DNA of 63,913 bases, filler included, from Neolecta irregularis DAH-3 (Eukaryota), in assembly GCA_001929475.1 (NCBI GenBank). It is 26 parts of 26 records of this genome, joined end to end, with 100 filler letters (N's around TTAATTAATTAA, not from the genome) between each part and the next. Parts side by side here need not be neighbours in the genome. Positions count along the whole stretch, not along the records: positions 22,976 to 26,652 come from LXFE01001601.1; positions 26,753 to 28,226 come from LXFE01001602.1; positions 28,327 to 30,117 come from LXFE01001607.1; positions 30,218 to 31,331 come from LXFE01001609.1; positions 31,432 to 32,822 come from LXFE01001611.1; positions 32,923 to 34,228 come from LXFE01001613.1; positions 34,329 to 36,397 come from LXFE01001615.1; positions 36,498 to 41,069 come from LXFE01001616.1; 18 more parts are not named here. One strand, 5' to 3'. The notes below the pieces were generated by a model. The model was not told the DNA's origin, searched no databases, and saw nothing but the letters and a program-made list of their open reading frames with translations. This document shows, in pieces, positions 25,625 through 38,612 of the stretch (positions within the stretch are counted from its first letter, which is position 1; each line of letters opens with the position of its first letter). Both the position numbers and the translations under genes were made by a program.

Positions 25625-25766
25625 TGTAATCACATAAGTTCTTACCAGACACGTGGTTATCGGATTGGCAGGTATATAAACTAGTGGGCTTACGCATACC
25701 TAACCAAGTACAATTACTTAGGTTGAATATACGGGGTCTTATTCGTACTTCGGGCAATCCCTTACA
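25625..25766 (+). mobile_element. Solo LTR (142 bp) with 5-bp TSD GCTAT
   Basis: TGTAAT...CTTACA flanked by GCTAT at 25620-25624 and 25767-25771. Shares TTACGCATACCTAACC and GTCTTATTCGTACTT with 27795-27995. Confidence 0.88.
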
Positions 25767-27794
25767 GCTATCCACCTTTTCCATCACATTCCCAGATTTG
25801 CAGAGGATTTCCCATTGAGCTCTTTGTGCATTTGATTTCGGGGTTTGCAAGATACTCGAGAGAACAAGAGATCTCTGAATTGTGATGGCGAGAGATAGTT
25901 CTATAGCCCTGTATCGCAATCATCGAAAGCCTTGCGATGAAGCAGATTGTGAGCGGTTGTAAGCCTTGCAGTAAACTGTGATGATTAACAGCCAAGGACA
26001 CAATTTCAGAAGAATAGATAGGACAATTATGAACCAATCTATATCCTCAGAATACGTAAGGGTAAGGATACAGGTCAGACACGCCTCCTTCTAACTAGTA
26101 TCTCTTAGTCCCCTAACATTACCGTCAACTATATTCTTGTGTGCCATGTTACTTATTAAGTAAGCATGCTTGTTTACAGTAGTCAAACCACACATGGACA
26201 AAGTCATACTGTGTGAAATGCAAACATCTAGACATAACTGCACAGTACCAAGATGAATGGATAGTAGACAAAGGCATGTGAAGTGGCGGAAGCAGAATAA
26301 AACCTCACAAAAATGGAGGACCTTGTTTTAGTGATTAGAGTGATTTTAAACAAGTAGGAGTAGAGGTTTTAAAAAGCAAAATAGGCTACTTTACATTTGG
26401 AGTACAAGTAGTGGTGAAATTTGATAGAGTAGGACAGTTCGTGAAGAACCGAAGGATAAACCAACTAACTACCCTAGACTACCAAGAAAAGCAAACCACA
26501 ACCAAACTCAATCATTCGATCTAACTGAATGGCTTATCTCCCACATTTCATTCCACCAAACACTGCACTTTTTATTCACCCAACATCCTGCAAAGTGCAC
26601 AACCAAATCTCCCTCGTGCCATTTCATATTATCACCCCCTTCATAATACGCANNNNNNNNNNNNNNNNNNNNNNNNNNNNNNNNNNNNNNNNNNNNTTAA
26701 TTAATTAANNNNNNNNNNNNNNNNNNNNNNNNNNNNNNNNNNNNNNNNNNNNCACCAACCAGCAATTTATTATCCTATAAACGCCTACAACATCTAACTA
26801 CACCCTGCGTGCAACAAGTTTAACTTACACCCCCGAAACCAGCCACCACATATATTTGTCTAATTCAAAGTTTAGCTGCCATTCAAAAAACCTGCAGTTA
26901 TCAATACTAGCTCTTTCTAATGTCTTTGCTGTTTTGTCATAGCACAGTGACTGCACAACCAAAGCATGTGTTATCAAACTAGATCATATAAAACTGAATA
27001 GAATCATCAACTGTTATATATGAAATAGTTTGATGTTTTAATCACAGTCCCATATCTCCCGTGGGACTCTGTGAAAACAAATTCAGTAATTTTGAAATCA
27101 AATGTGAACAACATTCATGGAAAAAACCTCATGCAAATTTAACCTCTCTTGGCAACGTTTAATACCGTAGTAAGCATGCAAGAGTGTATGCTTACACTGA
27201 GCTTGTTCTTTCTTCTTGTGGTCTGCAATCCCGTCAATAAGATCGATCGGTTAAAATAGCCCCAAGGCTAAATAGATATTCCTTTTCATTCACTGTATTT
27301 CTGAAATAATTAGCTGGACTATAATAGCATGCAGCGGCTGACGGTAGTGGTTCAACTACAGCAAAGTGTTCGACGTCAAGTCAACTCGAACCGCCACTAT
27401 GTGGGAATGAATGTTTTACCGTATTACGGTAAAACATTATCCTGCAACTGCTTTTTCAAAAAGTTTGGGAAGAACGAGTAGGAAGATATCTGAATGAGTG
27501 TTTTAGTTGAGACACTTCACCGGGATGACGAGGGTCTTTGGCTACCACGGATTGTGCAGCAATTAATTTTAATGCTAGCCCAATTTGCGATAGGTGTTTT
27601 TTTCATTAGAATGATGATGAATATTGTGAGTATAAACTATAAACTGATCGTGTGTATTGATAGTTTGCTTCACTGCTCAGACTTGGGTTTTAGGTTGCTT
27701 CAGAATAGAGATTGCTGGCTGAGTCGTGCTGGATCTGAGCCAGCTGCAGGACGTCGCCGCTGTCGTGGCCAAGGTGGAGGGCGCAGTGCCCCCG

Positions 27795-27995
27795 TGTAAG
27801 AGTCAGAGTTCTTACGGTAGGAATCGTGAAGGCATATCTCAGTGATGTTATCGGTTGTACATAAACCTGTCACATTACGCATACCTAACCCATGTCCACG
27901 TACTGAGGTTAGGTATGCTCTCATGTATATACACGTCCACGTACTGAGGTTGGAATAAACCCTAGTCTTATTCGTACTTGGGTCCTCTTCTTACA
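27795..27995 (+). mobile_element. Solo LTR (201 bp) flanked by duplicated CCCG
   Basis: TGTAAG...CTTACA with CCCG at 27791-27794 and 27996-27999. Internal GTCCACGTACTGAGGTT duplication. Confidence 0.85.
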
Positions 27996-28662
27996 CCCGG
28001 CAGGCTCGACCGCCAAGCCGAAGAGCACAAGGCATGCATTACCGCCCGCCGCGGCTGCCTGGCTGACTGCTCGAGGTGCTCTCGTCGCCCGCCCGCCTTC
28101 AAGCTGCCCATCTACGCCCGCTTAAAATACTAATTTTTGGAAAGTATATTTTATAAAATGGCGCCTGAAATTCCAATGTTTTAAAAAGCCACATTTATGT
28201 GGAGCGAACCAAACGTGCGCCTGAAANNNNNNNNNNNNNNNNNNNNNNNNNNNNNNNNNNNNNNNNNNNNTTAATTAATTAANNNNNNNNNNNNNNNNNN
28301 NNNNNNNNNNNNNNNNNNNNNNNNNNCCCCCCATAATCCTACCCCCCCAAAAAGTTACCCCCCCATTAATTCGGGTAATATGAAAAACTCTCCAAGTCCA
28401 ACAACCTACTACTATAAAAACCTACCCCCCCATAATCCTACCCCCCCAAAAAGTTACCCCCCCCAAATTCCGGGGAAAATAATAGAAACATCCTCAAGAC
28501 TAAAAACAAAGCTACCAAAGAAGTGGAATAGCAATACCAGAACAAATAAATACAGCTACCCCTATAAAAACCAAAGTAGATACAACAAACACAATATAAA
28601 GATAAACATGACTGAGGGAAAACCAAAGAAGAGATACCTCAAAAAGCATACCAAAGATAAAA

Positions 28663-30117
28663 ATGTCCTTTACATTAGCGACACTGAACTGTAGGGGATT
28701 ATCAAACCCAACCAAGTATGCAAATCTAATGAGATATGCAACTGAAAGAAACATAGACATACTCATAATGCAAGAAACCCACTTATGTGAGGAAAAAGCA
28801 AATAGAATTGAAGGAAGATTCCCAAGGATCACACTCATTCATAACTGCCCAAATAGCAATTCTACAGGCATATCTGTGGCAAGTCTGAACCCAAAAAACA
28901 AAATACAAAAACTAAATGACCTACAGTGGGATATAGAAGGTAGGACAATAAAATTCAAACTCTACCCAGAAGGTGGGGGAGAATACACAATCGTGGGAAT
29001 ACATATCCCAAATGGAGACCAGCTAATATGCCAATTCTTAGAAAAATTAGAAATATCAGAAAGGGAAAACCAAACAAATGAAAACAAAACAGATATAATC
29101 TGTGGTGACTGGAACTGTGTAGAAAGAAGTTGGGATAGACTACCTAACAGAGTAGACTCACTACCAATTAGAGAAGCAATTAGCAAATTAAAAATCTCCC
29201 TAGAAATCGAGGATGAATGGGTAAAGCTAGAGGAAGACCAAGAGTTTACCTTTAAAAACTATAGAAACTGTCATAGTAGATTGGATAGAATATACACACA
29301 TAAACAACTAGAAAATTGCCTAGTAAACTGGCAAACAAGGAAGGTACCAATAAAAACTGACCACAAGATGGTATCAGTAATGATAAACAAAGATCACCAA
29401 ATACAAAGAGGCAGAGGACCCTGGAAATTAAACCCAGAATCCCTTGAAGACAAGGAGTTCATAACCCAATTGGAGAATGAACTAGAAAAAGTACAAGAAG
29501 AAAACCCAATAGAAAGTCTGAAAAAAAGAAAGGAAATAATAATTACAACAGCCAAGAAATGGACTGTTAAACAAGCAAAGAAGAGAAAAACGAAAGAAAA
29601 AGCACTTAAAAGGAAGATCTTGGTAATAAACCAAGAAATCCAGAATAACACAGCAAACCCAAGCAGAATAAGAACTAGGGATGAAGCTGAAAAAGTACTG
29701 GGTCAATGGATAAATAAAAATTTTGACCTAGAAAAGACAATCTCAATGGGAAGATTTAAAGAAAAGTCATCAAGATACTTCTACCAAGCAGGTAAATTAA
29801 AAACCAAAAAACAACCAATAAAAGGGTTGAGAAATGAACAAGATGTATACTGTACAAGGGAAGCATCAAAGAGAAAAGTTGCAGAAAACTACTATGAAAA
29901 GTTAATGAGCAAGGGAATAACAATGCCCCTGGCACAGAGTGAAATGGTGTCTCATATCAAAGTATGTATAACAGAGGAATCACAAAACAAAATAACTGAA
30001 GAAATAACAGAAGTGGAACTAGAAGACCACCTGGCCAAATGCAAAAATGACAGGGCAGCTGGTATTGATGGAATACCTTATGAGATATACAAAAACTCAG
30101 ACCTCAAAGATCTGATA
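28663..30117 (+). mobile_element. Non-LTR retrotransposon ORF2 (APE endonuclease + start of RT), L1/Tx1-like
   Basis: TLNCRGL, MQETH, GDWN, SRLDRIY, TDH, GRGPWKLN, AAGIDGIPYE.YK. Intact to contig end; only about 6 CpG in the 1.8-kb contig. Confidence 0.92.
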
Positions 30118-30217
30118 NNNNNNNNNNNNNNNNNNNNNNNNNNNNNNNNNNNNNNNNNNNNTTAATTAATTAANNNNNNNNNNNNNNNNNNNNNNNNNNN
30201 NNNNNNNNNNNNNNNNN

Positions 30218-31331
30218 AAGTTCCGATAGGGGTGCTGAGATTGTTGCGAAGTTCGGAATGAAGCATTGATAAAACCCTAGCATTCCCAAGAATGCTTAAG
30301 TTTCTTTGACATTTGTTGGCTCTTTCCATTCCGAAATCTCTGCAATCTTGGCATCTTGAGCTTTAATACCCTTCTGGGATATCTTGAATCCTACCCACTC
30401 AATAACTTTCTTCTTGAATTCACATTTCTTCAATTTCGCGAAGAATTTCTTCTCACGAAGTCATTCAAGTATTGCCTAGACATCCTTAATGTGCTGACTC
30501 TGTGATTTGGAGAATATCTGTACATCATCCATGAAGACATTACAGCATTGTTCTAACCCCACTAATGCCCTATTCATCATCTGCATAAATATGGCTGGCT
30601 CGTTTGCCAAGCCAAATGGTAACACTTTAAATTCAAAATATCCCATCTTCGTCTGAAATGTCAAGAGGGGTATGGTGTCCAGGTGTAGTCATTGCTGAAA
30701 ATATCCAGATGCCTGGTCGAGTTTAGAGAACCAACCTGCATTACAGATCCGGTCTAACAGTTCATCTTTCCTTGGTAGAGCTGTGTTATTTTTAAGAGTA
30801 TTGCTATTAATATCGCGATAGTCAATACACATGTGTAATTCGCCTGATTTCTTCTTGACGAATAGGCACAAGGAACAGTAAGGAGATGTACTATGCTGGA
30901 TGAATCCCTTTTTTAGTAGACTTTGTAGCTCTTCTCTCATTGAGTTTTCTTCTGCAATTGAGAGTCGAGGGATTGGTCTGTTTCAGGGTAATCTAGCTGG
31001 GTTGAGCAGGGAGATTTTATGGTCTTCCTCCCTCTTTGGAGGGAAGGGGAAGTTTCCGTTAAAGACGTCATTGTATTCCGTTAACAGTGTTCTCATTCCA
31101 CTTAAAAGTTGCATTTGTGATTCTGGTGGCTGTATTTTTTCAGCCACCGCCAGAAAGAGTTTATCCGATTCGATTATTTCTGCCAGGTTGCAAGTCATGA
31201 CTTCATTACGCGCGGAATGGGTAATCAGATCATGGCCTGCAATCTTGCAAGAGTTTTCGCAATAATGTAAGCATGCCACCAGGGCATGCTTCACTGATAG
31301 GACTAGAGTAACTTAGAACCAGTGTATAACA
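30218..31331 (-). mobile_element. Degenerate Ty3/gypsy RT
   Basis: LFVKKKSGELHMCIDYR, FSKLD, KVLPFGLAN, FMDD, broken by several stops and a frameshift. Related to the intact RT at 61429. Confidence 0.9.
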
Positions 31332-31430
31332 NNNNNNNNNNNNNNNNNNNNNNNNNNNNNNNNNNNNNNNNNNNNTTAATTAATTAANNNNNNNNNNNNN
31401 NNNNNNNNNNNNNNNNNNNNNNNNNNNNNN

Positions 31431-32822
31431 NCAGAAACCCGCAGAGAAAGCTATGAAAGAACTGAACGGCATCATAATTGATGGACGGACTGTTGCTCTT
31501 GACTTTGCATTATTGCCTAAGGACCAATGGGAAGAAGTGCAGAGAGAAAGCGAAGAAGAAGACATGCTCAAACGTAAGCGTGAAGATGCTGGGTTGGAAA
31601 GGAGGAACATGAAGACCCCTCAGAGGTAGAGGCTGAAACTATCGATTCTGCAGAACATTCAGATGAAGAAATGTCATCTAACGGGGATAAGACACCCCAA
31701 AACGAAAAACAAAATAAATCATACGACGATTGCACCCTTTTTGCCCGCAATTTACTATTCGAGACCACAGAAGACGAACTGAGTCATCACTTCTCAAAAT
31801 TTGGACGTTTACGCTATGCCAAAATTGTTATTGATCCACGTATGAACTAACCTCGAGGAACGGGTTTTATATGTTTGTTCAGACCCGAAAATGCCAAGGA
31901 ACTGCTGTGTCTCGCGTCAAAGTTGCCAAGAGTCAATGCAATTGGTGATTCAATTATGGATCCTCAGGATCCAGACCTCATTGCAAATCAGTTTCGACTG
32001 AACGGTCGAGTTCTCTTGGTTTCGAAGGCAGTCAAACGAGACGAAGCCGTAAAACTCAAAGATGATTTTGTGAGTAAAAAACTTTACAAAGAAGAAAGAG
32101 TTGATAAAAGAAATTATTCCTGTTAAATGAGGGAGGCATGTGATATGGATGCTGACGAACTACTAATAAGTAGCTATTCCAACAAATCATCCTTTGGCTC
32201 AAGTGCTATCGACTACAGATCTCCAACTTCGGTCCCAGTCACTAAAACAAAGAAGGTACCTTCTCGTCAAAAACCCTACGCTTCATCTATCCCTAACCCG
32301 TCTTTCAGTTCGCAATATTCCTCGACATTATTACATCAACAGATCTCAAAGCCTTGGGCCGAAACTCTGTTGTGCAATTTGTGACTGAAGTCAAATCTCA
32401 AGAGCGTGCCCCTCTGACAGTTGAAGAAAAGCGACGTGACAGGGTTATTCAGAAAGGGAAGAAAGGTATCGTCAAGCAGGCAAAAATAGTCACCGAGGAT
32501 AATGGCTGAAGCCGAGGCTATGGATTTATCGAGTTCACATCGCATCGTCATGCACTGATGGGTCTACCTTGGCTTTAAAATGCTCGAGAAATTGCTGTTT
32601 CTGACTCTTCTGAGGAAAATCCTGATAGAACCGACTGTAAACGACTTCTGATAGTTGAATTTTCTATCGAGAATGCACAGGTCGTTAAGAGACGTGCGGA
32701 GAGAGAAAAGAAGGCACGCGACAATGCTACATCGAGTAAATTCGCTGAAATCACTTAACAGAAAAAAAGGAAACGAGAGGAGGAGGATATCCAGGATAAT
32801 TTAGAACAGGATACAAAAAGAA
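31431..32822 (+). pseudogene. NOP4: NOP4/RBM28 (multi-RRM) pseudogene fragment
   Basis: [85 protein letters not shown]. In-frame TAA near 31848 and several frameshifts; retains a GC-AG intron at 32136-32173. Confidence 0.85.
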
Positions 32823-33052
32823 NNNNNNNNNNNNNNNNNNNNNNNNNNNNNNNNNNNNNNNNNNNNTTAATTAATTAANNNNNNNNNNNNNNNNNNNNNN
32901 NNNNNNNNNNNNNNNNNNNNNNATGTGGCGGCTGTGGCGCCGCTCCGCCACATTTCGGCAGCCTCTAAAGCCACAGATTCAGGCGATGCACGTGTGGCGC
33001 TGCCCAAGAGATATTCTGGGCAACACCAATTTCAACGAATTATAATCAACTA

Positions 33053-33718
33053 ACACGATTAAAGCCCCCCAGCTAGCCAGATGTAGACCTAACTATATAG
33101 TAGTGCCTTAGCACATTTCGTTGCTGTCTATTCGCTCCTTCCTCTACGGAAACGAAAAAGTCCCCAACCCACTCACCCGCCCTTTGCACTCCTTGACCGG
33201 ATCCAGGATGATGGTGGCAGGATTTCCTTTTCTTATTTCCAGTTCGCTATTTATCTCTACTTCCGGGGAGGCTGGTAAACTGCTGTGTGCCGCCTCCGAG
33301 TTTTTAACTCTGTATTTTCTATTCCGACCATCTCTTCTTTCTCTTTGTACTTTTTGCGTCTGTTAGACCGCCGTCCACATACAGGTCCGTTTTCCCTGAT
33401 TTGGAGAACGTCATTGGTTCGTTACGCCCTCCAGGCCGGATCCTGCATCCTGTCGTTCGGGGGCCGTGAGACTTGTTAGCCACAGCCACCAGGGACAAAC
33501 AATCACCGCCACTAATAAACAGATCGCCAATACTGACGATAAGCAATCAATCAAATGGAGGGACGAGCACAAGAAGAGCTAATGAGCTCATTGAGGAGAA
33601 GTACGGAACGGATGGAGATCCGTAGAGGAAGGAGCGAATAGACAGCAACGAAATGTGCCTCAAGGAATTACTGTATGGTGAGGTCTACATCTGGCTAGCT
33701 GAGGGGCTTTAATCGTGT
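33053..33718. mobile_element. ~670-bp element bounded by ~98-bp inverted repeats, containing repeat family B
   Basis: 33053-33150 is the reverse complement of 33619-33718 apart from one mismatched patch. Confidence 0.8.
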
Positions 33719-34055
33719 AAATTGAAGGTAACTACCTTCATTCCAAGTCACCTCCGCACTAATGATATACCAACCCAAGTCTACGAGCGTCAAAAAGGGT
33801 ACACCTGAACGCTCACCCCTGGTACTCTTGCTACCCAACGCAGCCCTAATATCGTTACTATAATTTTTTATAGTACCATTGTCAACATCTAACTAGACCA
33901 AACTGCACATCTTGTGAACTTGAGCCGTCTGGATGACAGGTTATCCTATACAATACGTTTGCTCTGTTCATCGCCCGCATAAACTTTTATATGAATTTAT
34001 TCCGGAAATAATGCTCTGCACAAAGCTTTATATGCATTTATCGGAAACTAGGATC

Positions 34056-34170
34056 AGCATTCCTAACCGACTGGACCAAATAGACCGTCCAAGTAGACCA
34101 GACCAGACCGGCATTAATTTCGGTCCAGACGGACCAGACCAAAGGTCAAGTTGGTCTGGATGGTCTGATA
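34056..34170 (+). repeat. Putative DNA-transposon end (CAGC.TTCCTAACCGACTGGA + GGACCAGACC subterminal repeats)
   Basis: The same start motif recurs at about 41644-41720. Confidence 0.6.
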
Positions 34171-34329
34171 GACTGAATAATTCATATACATAGTTAATAG
34201 TTAAGAAGAAATAGTAGAAGAGAAAAGGNNNNNNNNNNNNNNNNNNNNNNNNNNNNNNNNNNNNNNNNNNNNTTAATTAATTAANNNNNNNNNNNNNNNN
34301 NNNNNNNNNNNNNNNNNNNNNNNNNNNNA

Positions 34330-36397
34330 CTATCATCCATCCACTTGTCAACTTAAAGTCCCATAAGAGAGTTTTTACCTTCAACAAGACAAAGACTCTC
34401 ACAATTAACCTTGTATTCTGGTTCCTCCCTTCTGTGCCCATTGGCTGCTATTGTCTGTTGAGTTCTTGCCTGAATCAGATTATCTTGAGTGATCTCATTA
34501 TATATTTCTATTCTGGCAAGCCATGTGTCTGCCGCCAGGATCATGTCATCTGTCGATGAGAAAGGTGGGAATGAACATACTCTGCATCCATATAGTAATT
34601 CAAATGGCGAGAATCCCGTTGACATGGAAACCATGGTATTCATTGAGTACTCAATTTCCAATAAGTAGTTTGCCCAATCTGTCTGTCGGCTATTTACATG
34701 ATGGCGAAGTAGTTGAATTGCTGTTTTATTAGATCTCTCCAATACCCTGTCTGTTTCCAGATGAAAGGCAGTCGACATCTTTAATTGAATGCCGATTCTC
34801 TTATATATCTGTTTCCAAAATCTTCTTGTAAAACGTGTATCCCTGTCTGAGATAATCGATCGAGGCAGACCATATAATCGTTACCAATGATGATATACCA
34901 AATCCGCTACATTATATGCAGATGCCATCATATTCGTGGGGTGAATCTGTACAACATTGGTGAATAGATCAGTAATAACCAGTAAAGCATTATAACCATT
35001 TGATTTCGGCAACGGTTCCACAAAGTCCATTCCAATAGATTCCAAATGTGAACCCGGAACTGGTAACGAGTGCAAAAATCCTGCTGGCAGAAGAGTGGTA
35101 GCTTTCAGTCTTTGGCATTCATCGCACGATGATACATACTTTTCTGTATCTTTAGATAACCCTGGCCAATAATATTCAGAACATATTGCCTTGTATGTCT
35201 TATCTAACCCAAAATGACATGAGCAATCATGATGGGCATAAAGCAGTCGTTTGCGGATCCCTTTGTCGCGCGGGATACATAAGCGTTGACCAATGTAAAA
35301 AAAACAGTTCTTATTCTCATAGGCCGGATATCGTTAGGGATGGAAAACTACGTCAGCTATAAATGGATCTGTCGTGTAAGCCATCTTGATCTTGTGTCCT
35401 TCACTTTAGGATAGATGAACGGTAGTGGTGATCTGTAATAATTCACCCTCCTGTGGTTGACTTTCATATCATGAGAGAGCGTCAGCCGCCACGTTGAGGC
35501 GACCCTCCAAATATTGTACGTCGAAATCAAAATGACTGAGAAAATCTAACCATCGTAGCTGGCGATAAGACAGATGCATTTGAGAATGCCAGTGCTTCAG
35601 TGGTTAGTGGACCGTTAGGACCACGAACTTGAACCTGATGAGGTGGTGAGCCCACTTCTTTAATGTGAAGATAATGGCCAGCATTTCTCGCTCATGTGTT
35701 GGATAATTAGCTTCTGCCGGTGTATATTAGAGGCTTTCAAATGATGCAGGTTTGGCAGTATGCCATGTTGATCCCTATGCTAATATACACCCCACTCCTT
35801 TTTTACTTGCGTCTGTAATCACCCATATTGGATCTTCGAGTTGTTCGTTTATTGGTGTGAGCTATGCAGTGGTTGTCGTAAGTTACTTTATCTCTTTAAA
35901 TGAGTTTTCTTCTGTCAGAGTCCAACGAAAAGGTGTTCCCTTCCTTGTGAGGCGTGTTAACGGAGCTGCATAGTTTGCTAATCTGGGCAGGAACTTCGAA
36001 ATATAGTTTATGAATTCCATAAAACATTGGATCTCTTTGATCAAGTGTGGCCATTTACAGTTTTTTATTTTATCTACCTTATCCAGGTCTACACTTATAC
36101 CTTGATTCAAGATTACATGTCCTAAGAATTGGAGTGCATCTGCAAATGGAACTGACTTTTTACGAGATGCTAATATACCATTCGTCCTCAAGAGATCCAA
36201 TATCGTTGTGAGGTTCTTCCTGTGCTCTTCGATAGAGTTCGACCATATTAATATATTATCGAGATATACAGCACACATTATAGCGATGTATTCCCTTAAT
36301 AGATGATTCATGAATCGTTGAAAGGTTGCAGGGGCATTACAAACCCCCTGCGGCATCACTGTCCATTCGAATAAACCAAATGGTGTCTTAATGGCTG
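34330..36397 (-). mobile_element. Degenerate Ty3/gypsy pol (RT-RNaseH-integrase)
   Basis: MPQGVCNAPATFQRFMN, YLDN, TDASKKGVG, NYPTHEREMLAII, H....HFG, IGMDFVEPLP, IISDRD, MSTAFH, GFSPFELLYG. Many stops and frameshifts. Confidence 0.92.
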
Positions 36398-38612
36398 NNN
36401 NNNNNNNNNNNNNNNNNNNNNNNNNNNNNNNNNNNNNNNNNTTAATTAATTAANNNNNNNNNNNNNNNNNNNNNNNNNNNNNNNNNNNNNNNNNNNNTAC
36501 TACTGCATTGGTAAACTTGCCGAAAAAGGAAGCGTCAACAACACTGCCTTGGGGCAGAATAGCCGCCAAGAGGAGTAAGCAAAGTATCAGCATGGTCTAG
36601 GTAATACAGTACGAATGTCGGAAAGCCAGTCCGCAAAGTATATAAAGAGTCATAGTGGCTCATTTTCACCAATGTCCCAGTCTGAGACTCTCAATCTGAG
36701 ACACACAAGAATGAGACTTATCTGGAATAATGTCAGATTGATTTGCTTGGATCGAGACAAACATTAACCGTGGAGTTTAAGCGAGTTCGTCTATGAAGAG
36801 ACACCAATATGCTTTTTATTTTCAACAAAACCAGCTTTCCGGGCATGAATTATCGTAAAAGCAAATGTTGCGACGGCGGTGCAATTTTCGTTCTTGTCTC
36901 ACTTTTTCTCTATTGAGTTCACCCCGGAGACAATTCTTTCTCATTGCTCCGCTTCAGTAACCCTCCTCAGTCATCACTTCATATTTCCATTTGAAGCTCC
37001 TTACCTTTATAGTTCAGCCTCCCTGTTTTTCACCTGTCTTGAATCCGATTATTCTCATATTTCTCCTCGATAGAAGGTGTTGAACGGCTATGAAAGACGC
37101 CTGTTTTCCTCTCCTGTTAGCCGCCATTATATACCTATTTCTGTACCCGAGCGCAGCGATCCCGGAAAGCCTTTTGCAGTGCTCCGATCGCCCCTCCGCG
37201 GGGGTATGGGGTGTGGTGGATGGGGCGGCGGAGTTTGTATTTCTTCATACCAAATAGGAATAATTAGATATCACGCCGAGGTGCGAGACATTTTCCCCAC
37301 AATGCCATGATAACCAACCCCCTCCCTCCACCTCGCCGCATTACTAATTCACTGCCGCAATNNNNNNNNNNACAATGCCATGATAACCAACCCCCTCCCT
37401 CCACCTCGCCGCATTACTAATTCACTGCCGCAATTTCCCTCTCCCAGCATGCTGCCACTTTATACAGCCCTTTGCAAATCCCACCTTGCCCGCGCGCTCT
37501 CTCCCACGACGTCGACGCAATACCCGCCCTCCCTTCTCCCTCCAAGGCCGCACTCTCGATCCCTTCTCGCAACCAGCTGCAATCCTCGCCCCTTTTCCTC
37601 CCCCGCACATTTGGAAGCCCATTTCTACCGGAACCCCGACGGCGTTGCCTAATCCCTGGCCCCAGTCTCTTTGTAAGAGGCGCCCAACGGTCATTTCTCT
37701 TCTTTCTCCCCTTTCTCTGCACTAAACCCCATACACCCGGAGTGGGGTCGGGTATTCGGAGCACTGGCCTTGTTCGTCTGCGCTTACTCGATATATTACT
37801 ACTTGTTCCCTGAATCTAGAACTACACTATAAATTTGAGCTACAACCTGCGCCGACAGATACGTGCGCAATTCCACAGCTCGGTCGGTAGTAATTTCTAA
37901 CCAGAGATTATTGGATCCAGATCCAGTGCAGTATCCAATGGAAGGAGGCCTGTGCAAGAGAACAGTATTTGGTTTTGAAAATATTAAGTGTCCTGAGGAA
38001 CGACTTCTACATGCTACATTATGTAGAGTGGGGTTAATTTCTAATTAATTTCTTGCTTGCCCGTCAACCTTGCATCTCCTGCCTCCGTTCATATCCAGTT
38101 CTTGGTGTTTATTGTCTTAGCCCCATTATTCATCATTGGCATGTCGACATGTTTATCATGAAATTAGGATACGCCAGGGACAGAATCCCTGTCTTTCAGT
38201 CCAAAGAACATACCCAATAGCATCTCAAGAAAACCTTGAGCAGGCGATGGTATTCTCTGATGTAAGATATCTAGTGGATTAGAAATAAGACCAACGCATT
38301 TTTTTCTTTCTCCAAGCCTGCTGATTTTATATCCGACTCCGCAGCTTCCTTTACCACCTTTTGTCTCGGCCTGTCTCACTTTTGATCCGAACTAGACTTG
38401 GAGTCAAATGGAATGAATGTACACCAAAGGATAGTGTCCGGCAATAGGTCCTTAAAATATGTCTCTGTTTCTCTATGATCTACAAGAATATCGTGCAGGC
38501 CGAACAATCAACCTTAAAATTCTCTAAAATATCATGGTGGAGGGGAAAAGTAGCGATCTGTGGTCAGGTGCTCCATCGACTACTCCAAATTTTGACTTTT
38601 GCTGGCCTGGCT

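Noticed and set aside
37303-37431. 60-bp direct duplication
   Set aside because: It flanks a small N gap exactly, so it is likely an unmerged contig overlap.
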